Assembly: GCA_963733675.1 (NCBI GenBank)
Contig: CAVTET010000007.1
Span: forward strand, 49,487 to 113,486
Direction of reading: 5' to 3'
DNA from: an uncultured Methanosarcinaceae archaeon
GTDB lineage: Archaea > Halobacteriota > Methanosarcinia > Methanosarcinales > Methanosarcinaceae
Length of the DNA: 64,000 nt
Below are positions 35,937-44,675 of the stretch, one piece after another; within the stretch, counting starts at the first letter, position 1, and every line of letters starts with the position of its first letter. Position numbers and translations under genes: made by a program. Under the pieces are notes generated by a model that did no database searches, had not been told where the DNA came from, and worked only from the letters and a program-made list of their open reading frames with translations.

Positions 35937-36706
35937 AAGTACTTCATTTAAATGGATTAAATAAATCCGTTTTTGTAGGTAATGTACCTAAAAATCTGTA
36001 AATTCTGATTGACTCTGTATCAATTTACTTAATCACAAAAACACGATGTAGAGTCAATAGCTTCACTGATCAAGATTCTGTTTTTATTTTGATAGCTTAA
36101 AATAAATCTCGACATGAGATTTTCGTTCTAATCATCTTGTAGATAATATTAGCCAAAATCTTAAATCTATGACAATTATCTTAGAACAATTATCTTAGAA
36201 CAATTCAATTTCAATACCTTAAACAATGGCTTTCTGTGTAATATAATTAAATAAATAGTTATAGATACTTAAATTATATACTTTTAAAGCAATAAATGTC
36301 TATAGAAAATATCCGGAAGACACTTACTGTGCTATGTTAACAAAATCATGAGGGTAAATTGTAGATATTCAACTAACAAGTTGTTACATAATTTGTTATG
36401 AATTCTATATGTCTTATTCTAAAAGAATGAGATAGAGATTAAAATCTCCCTTAATCATTTAATGTTTTAGTATAATTTCCATGATTATGAAATCCAAATT
36501 CATATAATTGGCTTAAGTGGCGCAACTAATATTGAAAGTTCAATGATTATTATCATTACTTTTGTAAAAAATGTCTTAAAACGGCTGAGAACGGTCCATT
36601 ATTGATCTGGCATGTATAAACCCCGTCGTTGTATCAAAGGGAACTAAGAAAATATAAATGCAACATTAATTGGTAGTTATTTTAAAGAGTAAAAACGGTG
36701 TTACAA

Positions 36707-36980
36707 ATGGCCAGACCTACAAAATTAACGGATGTAGTACAACAAGAGATCGGTGATGGCGTGTCCCCTGGATTGACGTACTCTCTCGCTGCTTCGTCAG
36801 CAGGTGTGACTTACCAGACGTTCAATCAATGGATGAAATTGGGAAGAGATTCGACTTCAAGAAGGCACTTTGAATTTTATAAACATATCAAACAACGGAA
36901 TGCTGAAGGAGCTCTAAGAATATTACAGAAACTGAACGATGCTGCTAGAGCTGGAAATTGACAGGTTTGCTTGTGGATTA
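36707..36980 (+). pseudogene. Terminase-small-subunit-like HTH protein, copy 2 (truncated)
   Basis: MARPTKLT...AGN*QVCLWI, against GNCQVCMWIL in 38189. Confidence 0.75.
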
Positions 36981-37238
36981 TATAATAACAATGTTATATT
37001 ATCAAGCATAACGTTTAATTGTAATATCTATATATGAATACTTATACTATATAATTAGAAGAGAACATTAGATTAAAAATACAATTATACGTTTTATAAT
37101 ATTTAAGTGAACAAAAAAATCTTCAAACCTTGTCTTATTAAATAGAAAATTTATGGGAAAATTGTTTGGCTTATTTGGCTTCCCTATTGCATGAATACCT
37201 GCTCTAAAAACTATAGTAATTATTTTAAATAATGCGAT

Positions 37239-37364
37239 TTAAGACCATTTCATCAAGAGAAACAGAGCAAATATTCCTACAAAGATACCCACAAATACAA
37301 CGCCAATCGTGACTTTAACTATAAAATCTACTGATTGCTTCATCTTAATTTTGTCATCAAGCAT
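37239..37364 (-). CDS. Small single-TM protein, 41 aa
   Basis: MLDDKIKMKQSVDFIVKVTIGVVFVGIFVGIFALFLLMKWS; purine-rich stretch upstream. Confidence 0.45.
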   Translation of the reverse strand: MLDDKIKMKQSVDFIVKVTIGVVFVGIFVGIFALFLLMKWS

Positions 37365-37425
37365 GTAAATAATAACCACTTCCTGGTCAAAAGTCATCAA
37401 CTACTTCGTTTTTTATTAATTTAAA

Positions 37426-37530
37426 TGATCAGGCTGATCTTAGGAGCTGCAGGCGAAGAGAGATACCTAGAACTCAATCGAATATTTAATTGAAAAGACG
37501 GAGAAATATATTAACTAGGATTGTATTCAT
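37426..37530 (-). ncRNA. Degenerate family S copy E (terminator deleted)
   Basis: GAGTTCTAGG...CCTGCAGCTC then AAGATCAGCCTGATC; the T-tract segment is missing. Confidence 0.4.
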
Positions 37531-38188
37531 TTTATTATATACGTTTGTGGATATAAGTTACTAACTTAAAATAATCAGTATTAACATTACATGTCTTAAT
37601 TTTCAGGAATTATAATAGATAGGAACCTTCTCCCGACAATCAATAAATGACTTCATATCCGCCCCTACAACAGGCTTATAATTTATTTCAGATGATATAA
37701 ATTGAATCTCTTATAGAAAGTGCTTTAGATCGCTCTACAGTTTTTGAATTTTGGTGCTATGTTTATCACAAATCACACGTTCGCCAGAATCTCTCCTATT
37801 TCGTTATTATATAATATATTTCACTACCAATATACCAAATCAGATCTAGAAAGTTAAGTATTTAGCTCAATAATTTAATATATATTATTTTAATGTAATT
37901 AATATATATGGGAAATATCGTGAAGCTACCCCATGTTCTTAGGCTTAGATTCATGAAGATTCCATTTTTGTCCAAAAAATGACTTATTCTGGGCTTACAA
38001 GAGAGACTTTTATTAAGAGTCCCTTGGGGAATACATTATCCAAGTAAAAAGATGGCCCAGAGCGTCTGAGAATAGCTAATATTTGATTAACCCAGCCTAA
38101 AGCTCGTCTCCATGCAAAACAAAACTAACTAAATATTAAATACATGATTCACTAATATTAATTCTAAGAAATAAAAAACGGTGTTATC

Positions 38189-38619
38189 GTGCCACGTCCT
38201 ATAAAACTCACGCCTAAAATTCAAAAGCTGATCGGTGATGGTGTATCTCTTGGATTAACTTATGCTCTTGCAGCTTCTGCTGCCGGTGTAACGTACCAGA
38301 GTTTAAATTCCTGGATTAAACGGGGACAGAAAGATCAATCTGGAGAGTATTATCAGTTCTATAAATATATTCAAAAATGTAATGCGGACGGTGCTAAAAA
38401 ACTTCTTGAACGCCTTAATGATCTTGCGGAAGCAGGAAACTGTCAGGTTTGCATGTGGATTCTGGAGCGAAGGTTTCCTGAAGACTTTGGACGAAGGATA
38501 TACAAAAAACAAATGTTGTATCTGAAAATCAAAACGCAAATGTTGAGATAGTAATTACGGACACAGATGTAATTAGAAATAAAATTCTAGATAAGTTATC
38601 GATAGTTGGAAAATTGTAG
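38189..38619 (+). pseudogene. Terminase-small-subunit-like HTH protein, copy 3 (frameshift in A-run near 38505)
   Basis: PRPIKLTP...WILERRFPEDFGRR; C-terminus TNVVSEN...IRNKILDKL* in a shifted frame matches the copy 1 tail. Confidence 0.75.
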
Positions 38620-38625
38620 TCTGAC

Positions 38626-39105
38626 TCACCAAAAACGCCACCATGGACTCTTTTTTTCAATCTCTTCAGGCAATAACTTTGTGTTCAACCTGCTGTTCTC
38701 TTGGATTAAACTCTGAATATGAACTGCCTGTTTATGCATATTCTCATTTTGATCCTTGATTTGTTCATCTTTAGTATGTAACTGGTCATCTTTGACTTGC
38801 AGTTGGTCATGAAATGTTTGGATCTGAGTTTTAAGATCATCTATTCTATTTTGTTGATGCATATCGTTTACTTTCATCTGTTCTTGTAACTCTCTTATCC
38901 TTGTATCTTTTTCTTCCACCCTTACTTTTAATTCCCCAATGTCTATTGAAGCGGGAGTTTCTTGGGAGTCTGTAGTCAATAATTGAAGCGCTTTTAACAC
39001 GGTCTCTGTAGGACTTGAGTATCCCATTGATACCACTTTATCCCATACTTTTAATGGAACCCACACTTGTATTTTCTTATAGTCACTTCTATCTTCAGCT
39101 GTCAT
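38626..39105 (-). CDS. RHH-like / coiled-coil protein ending KSPWWRFW (copy 2)
   Basis: KIQVWVPLKVW...GYSSPT, coiled coil; convergent with the HTH gene. Confidence 0.85.
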   Translation of the reverse strand: MTAEDRSDYKKIQVWVPLKVWDKVVSMGYSSPTETVLKALQLLTTDSQETPASIDIGELKVRVEEKDTRIRELQEQMKVNDMHQQNRIDDLKTQIQTFHDQLQVKDDQLHTKDEQIKDQNENMHKQAVHIQSLIQENSRLNTKLLPEEIEKKSPWWRFW

Positions 39106-39348
39106 GGGAGTAATATTACTCCCGAAAAGTTATAACCATTTCCATACTCTCAACAATTATTTATGTGCTAATGACAATTGTTTTCCATACTCCCAAAGCC
39201 CATTACAATACTCCCAATATTTATTTTTTACACTCCCATTAAATGTTACTATGCTGGTAAAAACTGACCTAATAACTACTATTACATATAATCCCAATAG
39301 CTAGTTATATATTCCCAATAAGCAACTAAATACTCCCAATTGGGAGTA
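39106..39348. promoter_or_regulatory. Phased TACTCCCAA repeat array with two perfect 18-bp palindromes
   Basis: GGGAGTAATATTACTCCC (39106), TACTCCCAATTGGGAGTA (39331); direct copies at 39145, 39188, 39209, 39231, 39289, 39310. Confidence 0.75.
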
Positions 39349-39587
39349 AGCAGAATAAAAAGTTAGCAAATGCCGTACAAAATTCTAAACTCCGAATTTC
39401 TCCACAAAAAATCAGAATAACTATTTAATCATAGTAAATATAAATTTATAATTTGATATATATATTTTTCTTTTTAATGTAAATTACAAATCTATATACC
39501 CTATTTAGTAATAACAATTTGATGTACTAAAAAATGGCGTTCATTGAACTAATTATAAAATTGAACAAAAATTCGGAGTCTAAACAA

Positions 39588-39899
39588 ATGGGAAGACAAA
39601 CATGTAACCAAACAAAAAAAATACTGAGCATTTTACTAGTTGTTCTTTTTGTAGTAACAGTAACAGCTCCGGCAATAAGTGCGGATAAACCCAATCACAG
39701 CAGCAGCGGACTGCAAACATTCAGCACCGAGCAATCAGCCAAACAGCATTGTCCAACAGATACTGTTATGTGGCTTAATCTTCCAACAGTTATTTATCAT
39801 TACACAGGTCAACATTGGTATGGAAACACTAAGAGCGGCGCGTATTTTTGTCAGAAAGAAGCAGATAAGGTAGGAGACCGAGCTACGCGGGGAATGTGA
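39588..39899 (+). CDS. Small secreted protein with an Ada-metal-binding-like domain
   Basis: GGAG RBS; leader KKILSILLVVLFVVTVTAPAISA; CPTDTVMWLN...IYH...WYGNTKSGAYFC. Confidence 0.75.
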   Translation: MGRQTCNQTKKILSILLVVLFVVTVTAPAISADKPNHSSSGLQTFSTEQSAKQHCPTDTVMWLNLPTVIYHYTGQHWYGNTKSGAYFCQKEADKVGDRATRGM

Positions 39900-40005
39900 A
39901 AATTCATAACCTTTCATAGATACTATGAGAATTTGGATCCCATGATAAAATGATTAAGCTACGGTACAGTTTTGGTTCAAATGTTTTAATTATCTCGACC
40001 CTAAG

Positions 40006-40036
40006 ATGCATATGTTTCATATGAAAACATCCACAT
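40006..40036. repeat. Core site with conserved arm
   Basis: ATGCATATGTTTC-ATATG-AAAACATCCACAT. Confidence 0.7.
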
Positions 40037-40206
40037 CATTAAAAACGATAAATTCTATTTTTTGTAGTGACAGAAAAAGAATATGGGGTCAATCAGATTT
40101 TGTAAACTTTAGGTGTACTGCCACAGAAAATGTCTTTCAAATATGGAATTTAATCCTAGTTAGTTGATACAGAACTAAATGTTCGTGAAAAAGGAAATAG
40201 ACTATG

Positions 40207-40347
40207 GGTTCTGGTGCAAAAAATCTGGCTTTATTGCAAAATCAATGTAAACATTTACAATTAGGGAATCTCATTACAGATAAAATAGCACATAACGGAA
40301 ATAATTATAGTATCAAACTGCGGAAATATCATTTGTGCACCACAATC
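40207..40347. mobile_element. MITE family B
   Basis: GGTTCTGGTGCAAAAAATCTGGC...TGCACCACAATC; homologous to 46867-47024 and 44301-44451. Confidence 0.7.
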
Positions 40348-40768
40348 GAAAAAAGAATCATAAACATATATTCTAAAATATATTTAATAATATATAGTGA
40401 TTAATCTTTCCCTATAATTTATAATACTTTAAAAGTAAGTATCAAATAGTCCAATAAAAAAACACCTTTAATTATAGATGCTCGTACAATATTTTTAATA
40501 GTTGTATTCATTTTTAACAGCTCGCGTTTAAGAACTAATCGACCATGCTATATTTCTGCGGTGCACTACCACTGAAAGGTGATTATAAAGAATTTAGTGT
40601 CTATTTGGACATCAGGAAAACGTACCATAATAAAGAATGATGCACTGAAGAGAAAAAGCACTTAATTTCATTATAACTATTGTAATATATAATTGTTTGA
40701 AGTTAATGTTGCTTTTACTTTGTTTCACTAGTGTAGACTCATAATAAAGTGAAGGAGTGAACTAAACG

Positions 40769-41053
40769 ATGGAACAGTTATCTCGTAAAATGAAAAAAAT
40801 ATGTAATATTTTGGTGGCAGTCTTATTTTTAGTATCATTGACGGTAGCAGCATCTGGCGCTCAACCAGATCACAAACACAAACATTTGGAACACACTCAT
40901 TTGGGTGGAAATTCAACCCATAATGATCATGACGATAATAACAACCATGATGATAATAACGATCATAATAATGATCATAATAACCATCAACATGATGATG
41001 ATGACTGTTGGGCGTGGAGTCCCACCAAAGAACAATGGGTATATATCTGTTAA
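40769..41053 (+). CDS. Secreted His/Asp/Asn-rich peptide with C-terminal CWAW...WVYIC
   Basis: GGAGTGA RBS and shared leader family. Confidence 0.85.
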   Translation: MEQLSRKMKKICNILVAVLFLVSLTVAASGAQPDHKHKHLEHTHLGGNSTHNDHDDNNNHDDNNDHNNDHNNHQHDDDDCWAWSPTKEQWVYIC

Positions 41054-41283
41054 TGGCAATGCTGACAGAAACTACATAAATTAAAAATGTAACTAAAATG
41101 AATATATGTGTCTGACTGCGTATGTAATCTGACAGCACATTGTATCAAAAAATTAAGCTGGAAACTGCGTTAAAATAAAATAATAAAGGATAAAATCCAT
41201 CAATCGTACATTTTTAATTCAACTGTGCAAGTCCTAACCAAATTAAAATTATTTTCAAACTTAATAAAAAAGGAGTGAATTAA

Positions 41284-41505
41284 ATGTTGAAACAACAATG
41301 TAGTAAAGTAAAAACAGTACTGACCATTATGCTGGTAATCTTCTTTTTAGTATCATTGACTGCTGCAGCATCGAGCGCTGAATCAGATCACAAACATGAC
41401 CATTTGGACCAAGATCAATTGGACCACGACCATCATCATCACGATAATAATGATGAATGTTTGGTGTGGAACTCTACCAAGCACGATTGGGTATGGATTT
41501 GTTGA
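41284..41505 (+). CDS. Secreted His/Asp-rich peptide with C-terminal CLVW...WVWIC
   Basis: GGAGTGA RBS; tandem paralog of 40769. Confidence 0.85.
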   Translation: MLKQQCSKVKTVLTIMLVIFFLVSLTAAASSAESDHKHDHLDQDQLDHDHHHHDNNDECLVWNSTKHDWVWIC

Positions 41506-41746
41506 CGATAATAATAACAAAAAATACCAAAAAATGAGAACTCTAAATAGTAGCTCTACTAGGATATGAATTGATAGTAATTTCTGCATGTATTTTGGAA
41601 TAAATTCCTATTTAATAATTTTTTAATAGTTGTTGTCTTATAGAACTTCCGGTACAGTACTCAAGTCAATAGTATACATAACTTTTTTGTAAACTCTGCT
41701 CTATACCTTTGTTTCCACCACAAAAACAGTATTTATTGTTTCATTT

Positions 41747-41777
41747 ATGCATAGTTTTAGTGATTAAATCTCTGGAT
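41747..41777. repeat. Core site with degenerate arm (41670-41746)
   Basis: ATGCATAGTTTTA-GTGAT-TAAATCTCTGGAT; left flank ATTGTTTCATTT as at 22030. Confidence 0.6.
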
Positions 41778-41825
41778 TTCCTAAATGCCATCAATAGTAA
41801 GAAAACCTTATTGATCTTTGACTCA

Positions 41826-41899
41826 TGGAGCTTTTGGAACTCTTGGAGCTTATGGAACTCATAGAACATCTGGATCTCTTGGAACACTTGGAACTAATT
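41826..41899. repeat. Degenerate 9-bp tandem repeat (TGGAACTCT-like, about 8 units)
   Basis: A shorter copy with the same downstream flank lies at 29651-29740. Confidence 0.7.
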
Positions 41900-42118
41900 A
41901 ACCAGAACCACAATTCTAAATAGAAATATTAGAAAAGAATGATAATAAAATACTCTAAACAAAATTAAAAACATGAATATATTAAATCAGGGACTCAATT
42001 TATCAACACCACAGTTTAACTCAATGCTTTTCTAACAAATTTCCCCATCTTGTTATTCTTACTAGAAAAAAATGTCTTAATAGGTTTTGCCATACTCCCT
42101 ATATTTTTATATTTGGTT

Positions 42119-42225
42119 ATGGCGTAGATCCCAAAATAAAATGTCTTAGCGTGATTATGTGTCTGAAAGTGAAAAAATGTCAAGGAATTCTTCGATGTAT
42201 ATTGTATCTTACCCACAACTTATAA
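42119..42225 (-). repeat. ~105-bp non-coding repeat, copy 2
   Basis: Matches 7216-7321. Confidence 0.6.
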
Positions 42226-42526
42226 GATTTATTTTTTGATACATTATTGATGCTCATCAGGCTCAGTTATTCACTACTATTGTCTGATCATGGATCAAGA
42301 TTTCATTTCTTTCTGATACCCTGCAAGATCAGGATCTTAAAGTTTAATAATGATAGCAATCTTTTAAATATTAACATGTCTCAAAATTAAATCAACTTTT
42401 ACAATTGTATAATGTGTAAACTTGATTTTAAATGCAGATCGGAAATTATTCCAAAATGCATACAGGGATTGCTACCAACTCGCATTTTAGTAAAGTTACT
42501 CCATATACTTTATTGGAGAAAATAAA

Positions 42527-43228
42527 ATGAAACTTTTACTGATTGCTGACATTCACGCAAATTATGAAGCTCTCCAGACTGTTCTTGAAGTCCCTCACGA
42601 TAGTGCTATCTGCCTTGGAGACATCGTAGATTACGGGCCGGATCCTGACAAATGTATTGATCTCTTGCGAGAAAAAGCAATCCCAACAATAAGGGGAAAC
42701 CATGATAATGCTGCTGCTTTTAGGGTAGACTGTCAATGTGGATACAAGTATAAGCATCTATCAATTGCGACCAGGGAATACACATGGAAAATTCTTGACA
42801 AATTTAGAATAGAATATTTGCAAAAACTCCCTCTCCTGATTGAAGAGCTAATCGATGGTAAAAGGTTTTATCTGACCCATGGAAGTCCTAGGTCTATGTT
42901 TGAATATATTAAACCAGACACTCCGGATGAAGTAATTAGGGATATGGTAGATAAAGCAATGGAGACTATGGATGCAGATTTCCTGGCAATTGGACATTCA
43001 CATATTCCTATGGATAAAAAGCTAGGAAATCTTACAATTATAAACCCTGGTTCAGTAGGACAACCAAGAGACGGGAATCCCAGAGCAAGTTGCGTATTGT
43101 TTGATACAGAATACGACAAAGCCGAATTTCTTCGACTTGATTACAATATCGATGCTGTCTGCACAAAAATTAAAGACAGAATGCCTCATGCAGATGAACT
43201 GATAGATATCCTCAGGCATGGGTATTAA
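42527..43228 (+). CDS. Calcineurin-like metallophosphoesterase
   Basis: DIHAN, GDIVDYG, GNHD, HGSP, GHSH, NPGSVGQPRDG. Confidence 0.93.
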   Translation: MKLLLIADIHANYEALQTVLEVPHDSAICLGDIVDYGPDPDKCIDLLREKAIPTIRGNHDNAAAFRVDCQCGYKYKHLSIATREYTWKILDKFRIEYLQKLPLLIEELIDGKRFYLTHGSPRSMFEYIKPDTPDEVIRDMVDKAMETMDADFLAIGHSHIPMDKKLGNLTIINPGSVGQPRDGNPRASCVLFDTEYDKAEFLRLDYNIDAVCTKIKDRMPHADELIDILRHGY

Positions 43229-43260
43229 TAGTAAATAAATAGGTGTTAACTTCTTTTAGT

Positions 43261-43419
43261 TCATCGCAATTCCATCGGCACTCCGCAGCATTGTATATCG
43301 CCATTACAGCATACGTCTGTAGAGCAGCAATTCTCTACGCATGCATTTGCTACTTCAAGTTCAAACCCGCATACTTCACAAAAAAGACGCTGATCTTGCA
43401 TTAGCTCACTGCAATTCAT
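43261..43419 (-). CDS. Desulforedoxin-like Cys-rich microprotein, 52 aa
   Basis: MNCSELMQDQRLFCEVCGFELEVANACVENCCSTDVCCNGDIQCCGVPMELR; GAGGTGA RBS. Confidence 0.8.
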   Translation of the reverse strand: MNCSELMQDQRLFCEVCGFELEVANACVENCCSTDVCCNGDIQCCGVPMELR

Positions 43420-43531
43420 CTTATGTCACCTCAGAGTGTTTTATATAAAATTAGGTAATTTATATTTAAATATTTTTCGAAACAATAATTCTTTGTTGCC
43501 TAAGTTATCTCATAATGATCCCTACGTATTT

Positions 43532-44143
43532 TCAATCCAAACGTGCAATTCTTACAAGAAACTGAATCGGAACATTATAAATTGTATCTGCACCCTTTTT
43601 GTCGACCAGCGCCACTACAACTCTTGGTTTTGCATCCATTTCTCTAAGCTGCTCAATCACTTCCACAATAGTTGAACCGGTGGTAATAACATCATCTACA
43701 ATAACGCAGTTTTTACCGGCAACGGATCCAAAATTTCTGCTTATGGTTCCTCTATGACATACCTTGACGATATCATGACCTTTACAATGATAAATCGCTA
43801 AATCTGCACCCAGTTCATATGCCACCATGCTTGCTAGGGGAATACCATTGGCAGCAACACCAACAACAACGTCGACTTCAGTATTTATTTTTTCCAAGGT
43901 CTCAAGCACCATGTCGCAGAGCACAAGTGAGATGTTGTGGAGACGTTTAGCACTTTTTCCTATATTGCTCCAGTTTACGGAAATATCTTTCGGAGCTAGG
44001 GATAATACTTCTTTTTTTGAACGGTTTAAAAGCCAGGTAACAGTTTCTCTTGAAACGTTGAGTTCATCTGCGATCTGACCGGTAATAAGCCCGTTACTTT
44101 GCAGTTCTACAGCTTTCTGTATTAAATCTTCTATATCCTTTAT
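43532..44143 (-). CDS. HTH plus PRTase-fold regulator (PyrE-like/GfcR type); start codon reads ATA
   Basis: Frame is open upstream of the listed ORF: [35 protein letters not shown]; PRPP motif [12 protein letters not shown]. Confidence 0.8.
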   Translation of the reverse strand: MKDIEDLIQKAVELQSNGLITGQIADELNVSRETVTWLLNRSKKEVLSLAPKDISVNWSNIGKSAKRLHNISLVLCDMVLETLEKINTEVDVVVGVAANGIPLASMVAYELGADLAIYHCKGHDIVKVCHRGTISRNFGSVAGKNCVIVDDVITTGSTIVEVIEQLREMDAKPRVVVALVDKKGADTIYNVPIQFLVRIARLD

Positions 44144-44300
44144 GATTACATACCCACCTGAAATTTTTATCTGGCTTTATTTCCGGGGCTTCCAAATCAA
44201 TGACAGTATTATAATATCAAGCGTTATATCGCTTTCTTCTCCTAAGATTGAATTTTTTCTTTAGCATTTGCTACTGCTGCTGCTATTGATAATAAAAAAC

Positions 44301-44451
44301 AGTTTTGGTGTAAAAAATAATATTTACGTAATTTGATACTATAATTCTTACCTTTGTTTACTAATTTTCCAGGAAATGAGATTGATTAACTTCCTAATTG
44401 TGAATGCCTATATTGATTTTGTAACAAAGCCAGATTTTCACATTACAATCC
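44301..44451. mobile_element. MITE family B (degenerate, inverted)
   Basis: Reverse complement aligns with 46867-47024. Confidence 0.6.
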
Positions 44452-44675
44452 CAAATGAAGTTAATTCCCACGGAAAAAAGGTTCGAAGCTACCCCAGAGA
44501 AATGTAGTAGTTTTCTAAAAGTACTTTATTTTGCCTGTAATCGTCTAAAGTATACCGTTAACCGTAACGTTTAATTTGCTTGATTCTGAACCTCAAGTGC
44601 ATAGATCCTAAGTTTGGATAGCTTAAAGTATCAAGTTATTGTCTTCTACTTCAACAGAATAAATCTTATGAAGAG

